64,000 bases of DNA from a virus. The stretch lies in IMG/VR virus record IMGVR_UViG_3300018417_000005, positions 1 through 64,000 of that record. The stretch is one strand, 5' to 3'. Positions 56,141 to 64,000 of this stretch are shown here, one piece after another; the first letter of the stretch is position 1; each line of letters starts with the position of its first letter. The notes under the pieces are model-generated. The model did not search any database, had not been told where the DNA came from, and saw only the letters and a list, made by a program, of their open reading frames with translations. Made by a program: the position numbers and the translations under genes.

Positions 56141-57169
56141 ATGGCCCAATCACAATTAGAAGCAATGCGAGCAAAGCTCAAAGCAATGGAATCAAAAGGT
56201 TCCGACTCTAGCAGTAACACCCCATCCGATAACGCAATTTACCCATTCTGGAACATTGACGAAGGTACATCAGCTACCATGCGTTTCTTACCAGACGGTG
56301 ATGAAAACAACACATTTTTCTGGGTAGAACGAAATATGATTCGTTTGACCTTCCCCGGCGTAAAAGGCGGAGAACAGAATAAAATGGTAACTGTACAAGT
56401 ACCTTGCATGGAAATGTGGGGAGAAACTTGCCCAGTACTAACAGAAGTACGCCCTTGGTTTAAAGACCCTAGCTTAGAAGATATGGGTCGCAAATACTGG
56501 AAGAAACGTTCTTATATTTTCCAAGGATTTGTAACTGAAAACCCTCTGAGCGAAACTGCTCCAGAAAATCCAATTAGACGTTTTGTTATAGGTCCACAGA
56601 TCTTTAACATTATTAAAGGTGCGCTAATGGATGCAGATATGGAAAATCTCCCAACTGATTATCTAAACGGTTGCGACTTTAAACTAGTGAAAACTACTAA
56701 AGGCCAGTACGCAGATTACAGCACAAGCAAATGGGCACGTAAAGAGAGTAGCATTAACGAAGAACAGTTACAGGCAATTGATACCTTTGGGTTAAACAAT
56801 CTTAACGACTACTTACCAGCAAAACCAACAGCAGAAGGCCTACAAGCTATCTCTGAAATGTTTGCGGCTAGTGTAGACGGCGAGTTGTATGATCCAGCTA
56901 AATGGGGTCAGTTTTATAAGCCTTACGGTGTTGATGTTCCTAAAACTCAAACCCAAACTACTGCGCCAGCGCAGAGTGAAACTGCTCAAGCACCTGCTAC
57001 CCCAACGCCAACCCCGACTGCTGATGCTAGTACAGCCGCGCCAGCACCGACAACTGTAGCTGAAACTACTACAAGCGATGAACCGTTTGAAGCAGATCCA
57101 GCACCAGCAGGAGAGCAGAAGTCAGCCGCTGACATCCTGAGCATGATTCGCAATCGCGAAAACGGTTAA
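56141..57169 (+). CDS. gp32: Single-stranded DNA-binding protein (gp32-like)
   Basis: RFLPDGD, CPV, YWKKRSY, G.DF.L.KT.KG.YADYSTS; AAGGAG RBS before ATG 56141. Confidence 0.88.
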   Translation: MAQSQLEAMRAKLKAMESKGSDSSSNTPSDNAIYPFWNIDEGTSATMRFLPDGDENNTFFWVERNMIRLTFPGVKGGEQNKMVTVQVPCMEMWGETCPVLTEVRPWFKDPSLEDMGRKYWKKRSYIFQGFVTENPLSETAPENPIRRFVIGPQIFNIIKGALMDADMENLPTDYLNGCDFKLVKTTKGQYADYSTSKWARKESSINEEQLQAIDTFGLNNLNDYLPAKPTAEGLQAISEMFAASVDGELYDPAKWGQFYKPYGVDVPKTQTQTTAPAQSETAQAPATPTPTPTADASTAAPAPTTVAETTTSDEPFEADPAPAGEQKSAADILSMIRNRENG

Positions 57170-57179
57170 GGAGTAAGTA

Positions 57180-58325
57180 ATGCAGAAACCATTTGACTTA
57201 TCGAAATTCCGTAATGGGATTACAAAAAGTATTACAGGCATAAGTGCAGGCTTCCATGATCCGAAAGACTGGGTTAGCACAGGAAACTATACACTCAATT
57301 ATCGTATTAGCGGGGATTTCACAAAAGGAATTCCTCTTGGTAAGGTAAGTGTTTTTGCAGGCGAGTCCGGTTCAGGTAAATCTTTTATCTGTTCCGGCAA
57401 CATCGTTAAGAACGCACAAGACATCGGGTGTCAAGTTGTACTGTTTGACAGTGAAAACGCACTAGACGAAGATTGGCTTAAGGCACTCGACGTTGACACA
57501 AATCCTGACAAGTTGTTAAAGATTAGTGTTAGCATGATTGACGACGTTGCGAAAACAATGAGCGACTTCATGAAGGATTATAAAACAAACTACGGCGATT
57601 TAGATTACGAAGACATGCCAAAAATGTTATTTGTAATTGATAGCTTAGGTATGCTTTTAACTCCCACTGATGTTGCACAGTTTGAAAAAGGTGATATGAA
57701 GGGCGATATGGGTCGTAAACCTAAAGCACTAACATCACTAGTTCGTAACATGGTAAATCAATTAGCACCTTACCCTGTTGGCATCGTAGCAACAAACCAC
57801 ACTTACGCATCACAAGACATGTTTGACCCCGATGATAAAATCAGTGGCGGACAAGGCTTTATATATGCGTCAAGTATTGTTGTAGCAATGCGAAAACTTA
57901 AGCTAAAACTAGACGCTGACGGCAACAAAACAACAACTGTACAAGGTATTAGGGCGGCATGTAAAGTGATGAAAACACGTTACAGCAAACCTTTTGAATC
58001 TGTGCAAGTTGAGATTCCGTATGAATCTGGAATGAGCCCTTACAGTGGATTGCTAGATATGTTTGAAGCTATCGGCGCTATTACTAAGACTGGTAACAAG
58101 TTAGAATACGTTAGCCCAGTTACAGGCGAAATCATCAAAGAGTTCCGAAAGGCCTGGACAGATGAAAAGCTACAAGTAGTAATCGACGAATGGGATCAAA
58201 ATCCTATTGCTCACCCAGAGTTGCAGGATGTCGACGCTGAAGATATTAGCGAAGTTGAAGTTGACGATATTGATGTAGATGATGTTGTTGATCAGATGAT
58301 GGAGGCTGAGACTAATGAATCTTGA
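57180..58325 (+). CDS. uvsX: RecA-like recombinase UvsX
   Basis: Walker A AGESGSGKS, DSENALD, IDSLG, NHTY and SGG.GFIYASS. Confidence 0.93.
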   Translation: MQKPFDLSKFRNGITKSITGISAGFHDPKDWVSTGNYTLNYRISGDFTKGIPLGKVSVFAGESGSGKSFICSGNIVKNAQDIGCQVVLFDSENALDEDWLKALDVDTNPDKLLKISVSMIDDVAKTMSDFMKDYKTNYGDLDYEDMPKMLFVIDSLGMLLTPTDVAQFEKGDMKGDMGRKPKALTSLVRNMVNQLAPYPVGIVATNHTYASQDMFDPDDKISGGQGFIYASSIVVAMRKLKLKLDADGNKTTTVQGIRAACKVMKTRYSKPFESVQVEIPYESGMSPYSGLLDMFEAIGAITKTGNKLEYVSPVTGEIIKEFRKAWTDEKLQVVIDEWDQNPIAHPELQDVDAEDISEVEVDDIDVDDVVDQMMEAETNES

Positions 58326-58548
58326 TGAATCTTTTTTACATGATTTATGGGATAGTCTAAAGCCGTTTGTATCGAAAAAAGAACGCATCGCTGCCGCGGA
58401 AGCGGTAGTGAGAGCGTTTGACGACTATGCAGACTTAAGTGCCATAGAAGATCATATCGACGAATTCGATAGCGTTATGAAAGCGGCGCTATACAGCCAC
58501 TTTGAAATTGTTCCCGAAGAAGAAGAAGAGGAAGATGACTGGCCATGA
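58315..58548 (+). CDS. Small acidic hypothetical protein
   Basis: Coupled between uvsX and uvsY. Confidence 0.65.
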   Translation: MNLDESFLHDLWDSLKPFVSKKERIAAAEAVVRAFDDYADLSAIEDHIDEFDSVMKAALYSHFEIVPEEEEEEDDWP

Positions 58549-59006
58549 GTACTTGGTATAATACAGTAGTTAGCGATTTAGGTAGGATAGCTGATGCTAT
58601 TCCTTATTTCGAGAACGAACTAAAAGATGCGAAGTTTGAATGTTCCATAAAAGGAAGCCTAGAGAAATCTAGTGCTTCCTTACCTGGAGTAACCGAGCAC
58701 AGATACAACCAACTTCAGGAAGTCGAAGCAATTTTAGAACATATCGAGATTATGTTACGGCAAGAACGTAGCAAGGTGTTTAGAAAATATCTAGAACACT
58801 ATAATCGCCAGCTCTCTAGCAGAGATGCAGAAAAGTATGTAGACGGTGAACAATCAGTAATCGACCTTACACATTTATTAAATCAATTTGCTCTACTTAG
58901 AAATAAGTTTCTAGGTATCTTAAAAGGCTTAGAAGTCAAGCAATGGCAAATCGGCCATATTGTGCGTTTACGTACAGCCGGTATGGAAGATATTGTAATC
59001 GATTAA
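58545..59006 (+). CDS. uvsY: Recombination mediator UvsY
   Basis: YLEHYNR.LSSRDAEKYVDGE and K.LE.KQWQI..IV.LR.AG.ED; lies between uvsX and uvsW. Confidence 0.8.
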   Translation: MSTWYNTVVSDLGRIADAIPYFENELKDAKFECSIKGSLEKSSASLPGVTEHRYNQLQEVEAILEHIEIMLRQERSKVFRKYLEHYNRQLSSRDAEKYVDGEQSVIDLTHLLNQFALLRNKFLGILKGLEVKQWQIGHIVRLRTAGMEDIVID

Positions 59007-59025
59007 TTGCGCCCGCAATTAGCAG

Positions 59026-59053
59026 TTGACTTATACACTAACCTGTGTATAAT
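59026..59053 (+). promoter_or_regulatory. Sigma70-type promoter TTGACT-N16-TATAAT
   Basis: TTGACT at 59026-59031 and TATAAT at 59048-59053. Confidence 0.75.
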
Positions 59054-59080
59054 TACATATAATAATAATAAGAATAACCT

Positions 59081-60538
59081 ATGCGAAAGACTACCTTAGA
59101 AATCCGCGACGAAGTAAATGTTAAATTCGTTGGCCTGGATGTAACTACAAGAAGAAAAATATCCGACGCGGCAAAATACTTTTTGCCATACGCATATCAT
59201 ATGCCCGCGTACAAATTAGGCAGATGGGATGGCTGTGTAAGATTTTGCGATATAGGCGGCAGAACCTATATCAATTTATTAGAAAAACTTTTGCCTGTTG
59301 TAGCCGATGCTGGTTATGAAATCGAAATACAGGATAAGAGGCAGAACTGGAATTTTGAATTCCCTCTAATAACCGAAGAAGAATTTAAAGATATCGCCTG
59401 GCCAAAAGGACATACAGCAGAAGGCGAGCCAATCATATTAAGAGATTATCAAGTAGAGATAATCAACCGCTTTTTAGACAATCCTCAATGTTTACAAGAA
59501 ATAGCAACGGGCGCGGGCAAAACACTTATTACAGCCGCACTTAGTAAAATGGCTGAAAGGTACGGACGCACGATTGTTATTGTTCCCAATAAAGACTTAG
59601 TTGTACAAACAGAAAAAGACTACATAAACTTAGGTTTAGACGTAGGTGTTTTGTTTGGTGACAGAAAAGAATACACAAAGACGCACACGATTTGTACTTG
59701 GCAGAGCTTAAGTGTTTTAGAAAAGAAAACTAAAGCAGGAGATGCTCCTATTGATGTAAATGAATTTTTAGAAGACGTAGTTTGTGTAATGGTAGACGAG
59801 GTACACAAGGCTAAAGCAGATGTATTGCGCGACTTATTAGCAGGTGTCTTTGCTAACGTACCTATACGTTGGGGATTAACAGGTACAATTCCGAAAGACG
59901 AGCACGAAGCAGTTGCTTGTACATGTTGTATTGGACCTGTTATAGGAAATCTAAGCAGTAAAGAATTACAAGATATGGGAGTGCTAGCTGATTTGGATAT
60001 CGAAATGATACAGCTACAAGACGGTCCGATGGGATTTACTGGATACGCACAAGAACTAAAATGGTTGGTAACAGATCCTAAACGAGTAGAAGAAATTGGC
60101 AAAATGATTAACGGATTAAATGTAAACGGCAATACGCTAGTTCTAGTAGATAGACTTGCTACAGGCGAACTGTTAATTGAAAATAATCCAGACTGGGTGT
60201 TTGTTAGCGGAAGCATGAAGCAAACTTCTAGACAAAAAGAATACGATGATATTAGCGAAATGAACAATAAAACAATTGTTGCTACATATGGTGTTGCGGC
60301 AGTTGGATTGAACATTCCGAGAATTTTTAACCTGGTATTATTAGAGCCAGGCAAAAGTTTTGTTCGTGTAATACAAAGCATCGGGCGAGGTGTGCGTAAA
60401 GCATCGGACAAAGATTACTTGCGCGTAATTGACCTTACTAGTAACTTAAAATACAGTAAGAAACACGCAACAGTAAGAAAGAAATATTATACGGAACAGC
60501 AGTTTAGATATAATATAACAAAAGTGGAGTATAAATGA
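59081..60538 (+). CDS. uvsW: SF2 helicase UvsW
   Basis: LRDYQ, ATGAGKT, DEVH, GLTGT and QSIGRGVR. Confidence 0.92.
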   Translation: MRKTTLEIRDEVNVKFVGLDVTTRRKISDAAKYFLPYAYHMPAYKLGRWDGCVRFCDIGGRTYINLLEKLLPVVADAGYEIEIQDKRQNWNFEFPLITEEEFKDIAWPKGHTAEGEPIILRDYQVEIINRFLDNPQCLQEIATGAGKTLITAALSKMAERYGRTIVIVPNKDLVVQTEKDYINLGLDVGVLFGDRKEYTKTHTICTWQSLSVLEKKTKAGDAPIDVNEFLEDVVCVMVDEVHKAKADVLRDLLAGVFANVPIRWGLTGTIPKDEHEAVACTCCIGPVIGNLSSKELQDMGVLADLDIEMIQLQDGPMGFTGYAQELKWLVTDPKRVEEIGKMINGLNVNGNTLVLVDRLATGELLIENNPDWVFVSGSMKQTSRQKEYDDISEMNNKTIVATYGVAAVGLNIPRIFNLVLLEPGKSFVRVIQSIGRGVRKASDKDYLRVIDLTSNLKYSKKHATVRKKYYTEQQFRYNITKVEYK

Positions 60539-61032
60539 AAATTTTAACAGTAGAAAACGAAGTATACGATCTAGATTCAGTTCCGGACGAAATTGATGAT
60601 ATTAGATATTGTGTGTTTGATGCTAGCGACCCCGATTATATGGACTATTACTTTCTTCCTTTAATATTTTTAGAAAGTTTTTACGCGCCAGCTATATGCT
60701 TAACAATCGGAAATTACGATATAAAAATGCCAATGGACTGGAGCATTGTTATTACAGACGAAGACATGGGTGGCATAGAACTAATTCCGTTAGCAAGTCT
60801 AAATAACAGAGGTTTTGTAGCGCCAGTGTTTAACCCATTAAGAAATTCAATTCCTGTAGCGGCAGAGATACACATTACAAATATTTACAAAGATGTAAAG
60901 TGGTATTTTCCTAAATTAAAAAACGGGCATGTATTAACCATACCATTAGAAGACGGACCTGAACCTAAATGCGCTTTATTTGTAAAAGAAGCGAACAAAG
61001 TAAAAACTATAGAGTTTGGCGATTTGTTATGA
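60535..61032 (+). CDS. Hypothetical protein
   Basis: ATGA-coupled 165-aa ORF (PLIFLESF..PA, KWYFPKLK). Confidence 0.65.
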   Translation: MKILTVENEVYDLDSVPDEIDDIRYCVFDASDPDYMDYYFLPLIFLESFYAPAICLTIGNYDIKMPMDWSIVITDEDMGGIELIPLASLNNRGFVAPVFNPLRNSIPVAAEIHITNIYKDVKWYFPKLKNGHVLTIPLEDGPEPKCALFVKEANKVKTIEFGDLL

Positions 61033-61493
61033 CAACAATTCTAGTTTGCGGCCTTCCTGGCTCCGGTAAAACAACTTTATCAGAAGAATTACTATACGTA
61101 TTAGGTAATGCGGCTGACTGGTATAATGCTGATAAAATAAGAGAACAATTTAACGATTGGGATTTTAGCGATACCGGACGTAAACGGCAAATGGAAAGAA
61201 TGAAATCGCTATGTCAAAATAGTATACAACGAGACAGGATTGCCATAGCCGACTTCGTGTGCCCAACAAAAGAATTACGAGACGAGTTTAACGCAGATTT
61301 TGTAATATGGATGGACACAATCGATGAAGGCAGGTTTGAAGATACAAACAAGATTTTTGAAAGTCTTGACGTAACAGATTACAATGCTATAATAACAGAG
61401 CATGAATGGTGGACTGAATTATACACTAAGCAATGGGCACAAGAAATTGTGAGGAGGTTACGTGGCGAAGAAAGCACCCGCAATTCCGCTTAA
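61029..61493 (+). CDS. cysC: Adenylylsulfate (APS) kinase-like protein
   Basis: ILVCGLPGSGKTTL, NAD.IR..FNDWDFS..GR.RQ..RM, IADFVCPT...R; start at ATG 61029 (ATGA overlap). Confidence 0.75.
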   Translation: MTTILVCGLPGSGKTTLSEELLYVLGNAADWYNADKIREQFNDWDFSDTGRKRQMERMKSLCQNSIQRDRIAIADFVCPTKELRDEFNADFVIWMDTIDEGRFEDTNKIFESLDVTDYNAIITEHEWWTELYTKQWAQEIVRRLRGEESTRNSA

Positions 61494-61929
61494 AGAAGTA
61501 ATGGCCGCGATAGACAAGAAAGACAGAGGTTTCTACAATCGCTTAACCGACGAGCAAAAGAAGGCATTTAGTGCCTGGATGATGATGCGCTATACTAGTA
61601 GCGTACAGGGTAAAAATTCAGCTTACTACATTTATATGACTAATGAATTAGTAAACAGAGATTTTAGTGATATAAGCAAACATCCAGAACTACAGTGGCT
61701 TTTATTAAGTGCTTGTGGGTCAGGCAAAGTAGAATACCATCCGTATTTAAAACCACCTAATGCGCGTAAAAAGAAAGATAAAGTTTCAGAATTCTTATCA
61801 AACATTTATCCGCTATTAAAGGATGACGAAATAGCATTGATTATAAAATTGAACACAACAGACGAACTCAAAGAATTCGCTAAAACCCACGGTTACGAAG
61901 ATAAAGAAATAAAAGAGATCTTTAAATGA
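61462..61929 (+). CDS. Clamp-loader small subunit-like protein (gp62-like)
   Basis: GTG start with GAGGAGG RBS; F..WMMMRY.S, N..VN, HPELQWLL pattern. Confidence 0.6.
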   Translation: MAKKAPAIPLKEVMAAIDKKDRGFYNRLTDEQKKAFSAWMMMRYTSSVQGKNSAYYIYMTNELVNRDFSDISKHPELQWLLLSACGSGKVEYHPYLKPPNARKKKDKVSEFLSNIYPLLKDDEIALIIKLNTTDELKEFAKTHGYEDKEIKEIFK

Positions 61930-62045
61930 AAGACCAATATGGAAATATAATAAGTGCGTATGTTCCTAGAAAGATAAAACCGGCCAAACAGCGCAAGCCA
62001 CGAAATCCTAAAAGTAATCCATACGACGCGAGCGGCAGACGATGA
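61926..62045 (+). CDS. 39-aa basic peptide absent from the ORF track
   Basis: MKDQYGNIISAYVPRKIKPAKQRKPRNPKSNPYDASGRR; ATGA overlaps at both ends. Confidence 0.55.
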   Translation: MKDQYGNIISAYVPRKIKPAKQRKPRNPKSNPYDASGRR

Positions 62046-62725
62046 GCGAAGAAGCTAACAAGTGTAAATGGTGCGATAAAAGTTTTAAAAACGAAAGCAC
62101 CTTGTCTGTTCATATGTGCGTTAAGAAACGTAGATACGCCGATAAAGACATGACGCATGTACGTCTGGGATACCGTGTATTTCAAATGTTTTACGAATTG
62201 AACACTGCCGCAACTAAGCCTAAAACATTTGAAGACTTTATACAGAGTTCGTATTATGAGGGCTTTGTAAAATTCGGACGTAGTTGTGTACGCAATGAAT
62301 ACCTTGCCCCAGAGAAATATGCTGAGTGGCTAATTAAGAATGGCAAGAAATTAAAAGACTGGTGCAAGGATGCCTTGTACGATGATTATTTGTTAGAGTA
62401 TGTTAAAAAAGAAAGTGGCATCCGTGCATTAGAACGTAATATTATGTATCTCGCAACATGGGGAGAAGAAAATGAATGTGCTTGGCAAAGTTATTTTACA
62501 AATGTTTCTCCATCACGTGCCGCGTACGATATACGCTCAGCAAAAATATCCCCTTGGTTACTGTACTTAAGTAATACAGGCGACGAGTTACTAGTGAGAT
62601 TTAGCGACGAACAAGTAAAGATGATAGAGCATATAATTGATTCTAACTTTTGGATGAAACTGTTCTCACAAAATAAAGAAGAAGTTAAAGAAGTTAAAGA
62701 AACATGCCAGATAGCAGGCATCTAA
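62042..62725 (+). CDS. Hypothetical protein with an N-terminal zinc finger
   Basis: CKWCDKSFKNESTLSVHMC. Confidence 0.7.
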   Translation: MSEEANKCKWCDKSFKNESTLSVHMCVKKRRYADKDMTHVRLGYRVFQMFYELNTAATKPKTFEDFIQSSYYEGFVKFGRSCVRNEYLAPEKYAEWLIKNGKKLKDWCKDALYDDYLLEYVKKESGIRALERNIMYLATWGEENECAWQSYFTNVSPSRAAYDIRSAKISPWLLYLSNTGDELLVRFSDEQVKMIEHIIDSNFWMKLFSQNKEEVKEVKETCQIAGI

Positions 62726-62733
62726 GGAGTAGT

Positions 62734-63402
62734 ATGAAAGTTAAATTAATTAGTTACAGCCAAACCCCCGCAGAAATAGAAGACGAATCCTTGTTAGATT
62801 TAATTGCGTATTGCGCAAGAGTAAGTAATCCTAGCAACCAAGATAACAAAGAAACAAACGAAAAACTTGTAAGTTATCTAGTAAAGCATAAGCACTGGTC
62901 ACCGTTAGAGATGGTTAGCGCATGTTTAGAGATTGAAACAACACGTGACATTGCTAGACAAATTTTACGTCATAGGAGTTTTAGTTTCCAGGAGTTTAGT
63001 CAACGTTACGCAGACCCAACAAAAGACTTAGATTTTGTATTGCGCGAAGCAAGGTTACAAGACGAATCAAACAGACAAAATTCGATTGATATTGAGAATG
63101 TTAATGATGAGCGTCACACTGAGTGGAGAGTTAGACAGTTACAAGTACTCGACTTAGTCAAAAAGAATTACAAATGGGCAATTGAAAATGATATTGCTAA
63201 AGAACAAGCAAGAGCTATATTGCCAGAAGGTAACACTGTTAGCAGAATGTATATGAATGGCACATTGCGAAGCTGGATTCACTATATTGAACTGCGTAGT
63301 GCAAACGGTACTCAAAAAGAACATATGGATATTGCTGTCGAGTGCGCAAAAGAAATTGCAAAAGTATTTCCAATGGCGTTCGAGTATGCAACTGCCAAAT
63401 AA
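62734..63402 (+). CDS. thyX: Flavin-dependent thymidylate synthase
   Basis: HWSPLE, RHRSFSFQEFSQRY, AKEQARAILP and TQKEH; AAGGAG RBS before ATG 62734. Confidence 0.95.
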   Translation: MKVKLISYSQTPAEIEDESLLDLIAYCARVSNPSNQDNKETNEKLVSYLVKHKHWSPLEMVSACLEIETTRDIARQILRHRSFSFQEFSQRYADPTKDLDFVLREARLQDESNRQNSIDIENVNDERHTEWRVRQLQVLDLVKKNYKWAIENDIAKEQARAILPEGNTVSRMYMNGTLRSWIHYIELRSANGTQKEHMDIAVECAKEIAKVFPMAFEYATAK

Positions 63403-63610
63403 GATAAAGCAGGCTGAAAATAAGCTAGCAGGAAAGTGCCAATTTTGTGGCACTGATGATAGGCACACCGACGGCTGTCCCAATCAAGACCTAGAGCAAG
63501 AACTTCGGATACTAATGGCAGAAGCAATAAAAGAAGAGATTGACACAGCAATATTAGATAGTATACTAGAAGCAACAAAAGAAATTGCAGATAAGTTGTA
63601 TAAGAAATGA
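63386..63610 (+). CDS. Small protein with CxxC..H...C motif and a capsid-like helix
   Basis: CQFCGTDDRHTDGC followed by DLEQELRILMAEAIKEEIDTAILDSI. Confidence 0.55.
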   Translation: MQLPNKIKQAENKLAGKCQFCGTDDRHTDGCPNQDLEQELRILMAEAIKEEIDTAILDSILEATKEIADKLYKK

Positions 63611-64000
63611 AACCTAAAAGAATAATACTAGTAAGACACGGTGAATCCACTGGCAATGCTGACCCTATGGAATATCTGCATACACCCGATTATAAATTAC
63701 CCCTAACAGAACACGGGGTTGACCAAGCAGTAAACGCCGGTGTCGGCATTAAACACTTGATTAAAAACGAGACCTTACATGTTTACAAATCGCCTTGGTA
63801 CAGAGCTAGACAAACGTGGGACGGGTTAGCTGTTAATCTAGCTGATAACGCAATAAAAGTTGTCGAAGATCCGAGAATACGCGAGCAGGACTGGGGGCAT
63901 TTAAGGCACCCCGATGATGCTAAAGCAATGCGTGACATACGAAACGAATACGGTCCATTCTTTTACAGGATGGAAGACGGCGAATCCCCTGCAGATGTTT
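63607..64000 (+). CDS. Histidine phosphatase (phosphoglycerate mutase family), truncated by the window end
   Basis: MKPKRIILVRHGESTGN, LT..G..QA, SPW.RARQT, DPRIREQDWG and GES.ADV. Confidence 0.9.
   Translation, partial: MKPKRIILVRHGESTGNADPMEYLHTPDYKLPLTEHGVDQAVNAGVGIKHLIKNETLHVYKSPWYRARQTWDGLAVNLADNAIKVVEDPRIREQDWGHLRHPDDAKAMRDIRNEYGPFFYRMEDGESPADV

Noticed and set aside
59620-60411. Long antisense ORFs (this 263-aa one, 4777-5418, and many opposite the fibre genes)
   Set aside because: They shadow well-supported plus-strand genes, have no RBS or recognisable motifs, and are expected from codon bias.
1-64000. Stop-codon reassignment
   Set aside because: Conserved genes are full length in the standard code, and TAA, TGA and TAG all serve as true stops.

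Overview
This window is a contiguous 64 kb piece of a large, AT-rich, T4-superfamily (Tevenvirinae-distant) myovirus genome read in the standard genetic code; all assignments come from motif recognition by eye, with no searches run. The head module (portal gp20, prohead core, protease gp21, scaffold gp22, major capsid gp23) is followed by a ~27 kb accessory virion region: long fibre-like proteins, a tandem array of nine LamG/concanavalin-A lectin-like paralogues and sulfotransferase-like genes. Next come a short minus-strand block (NUDIX, gp15, M15 endolysin, gp14), neck gp13, a free-standing GIY-YIG-like endonuclease, dNMP kinase, sheath/tube, gp4, terminase and putative head-internal proteins. 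The window ends in a recombination/replication module (gp32, uvsX, uvsY, uvsW, APS kinase, clamp-loader subunit, thyX, histidine phosphatase). No tRNA, rRNA, CRISPR array, integrase or reverse transcriptase was seen. Most notable: (1) the nine-gene lectin array whose neighbours share near-identical 40-61 bp junction DNA around divergent cores; (2) a sulfotransferase gene bracketed by an exact 50-bp duplication of the upstream fibre gene's 3' end; (3) a GATAAATA late-promoter network in which seven genes look leaderless; (4) an APS kinase plus four sulfotransferase-like genes; (5) two genes with apparent ATT starts; (6) a two-hairpin RBS-sequestering leader on the endonuclease; (7) four sigma70-type promoters that all have a 16-bp spacer.
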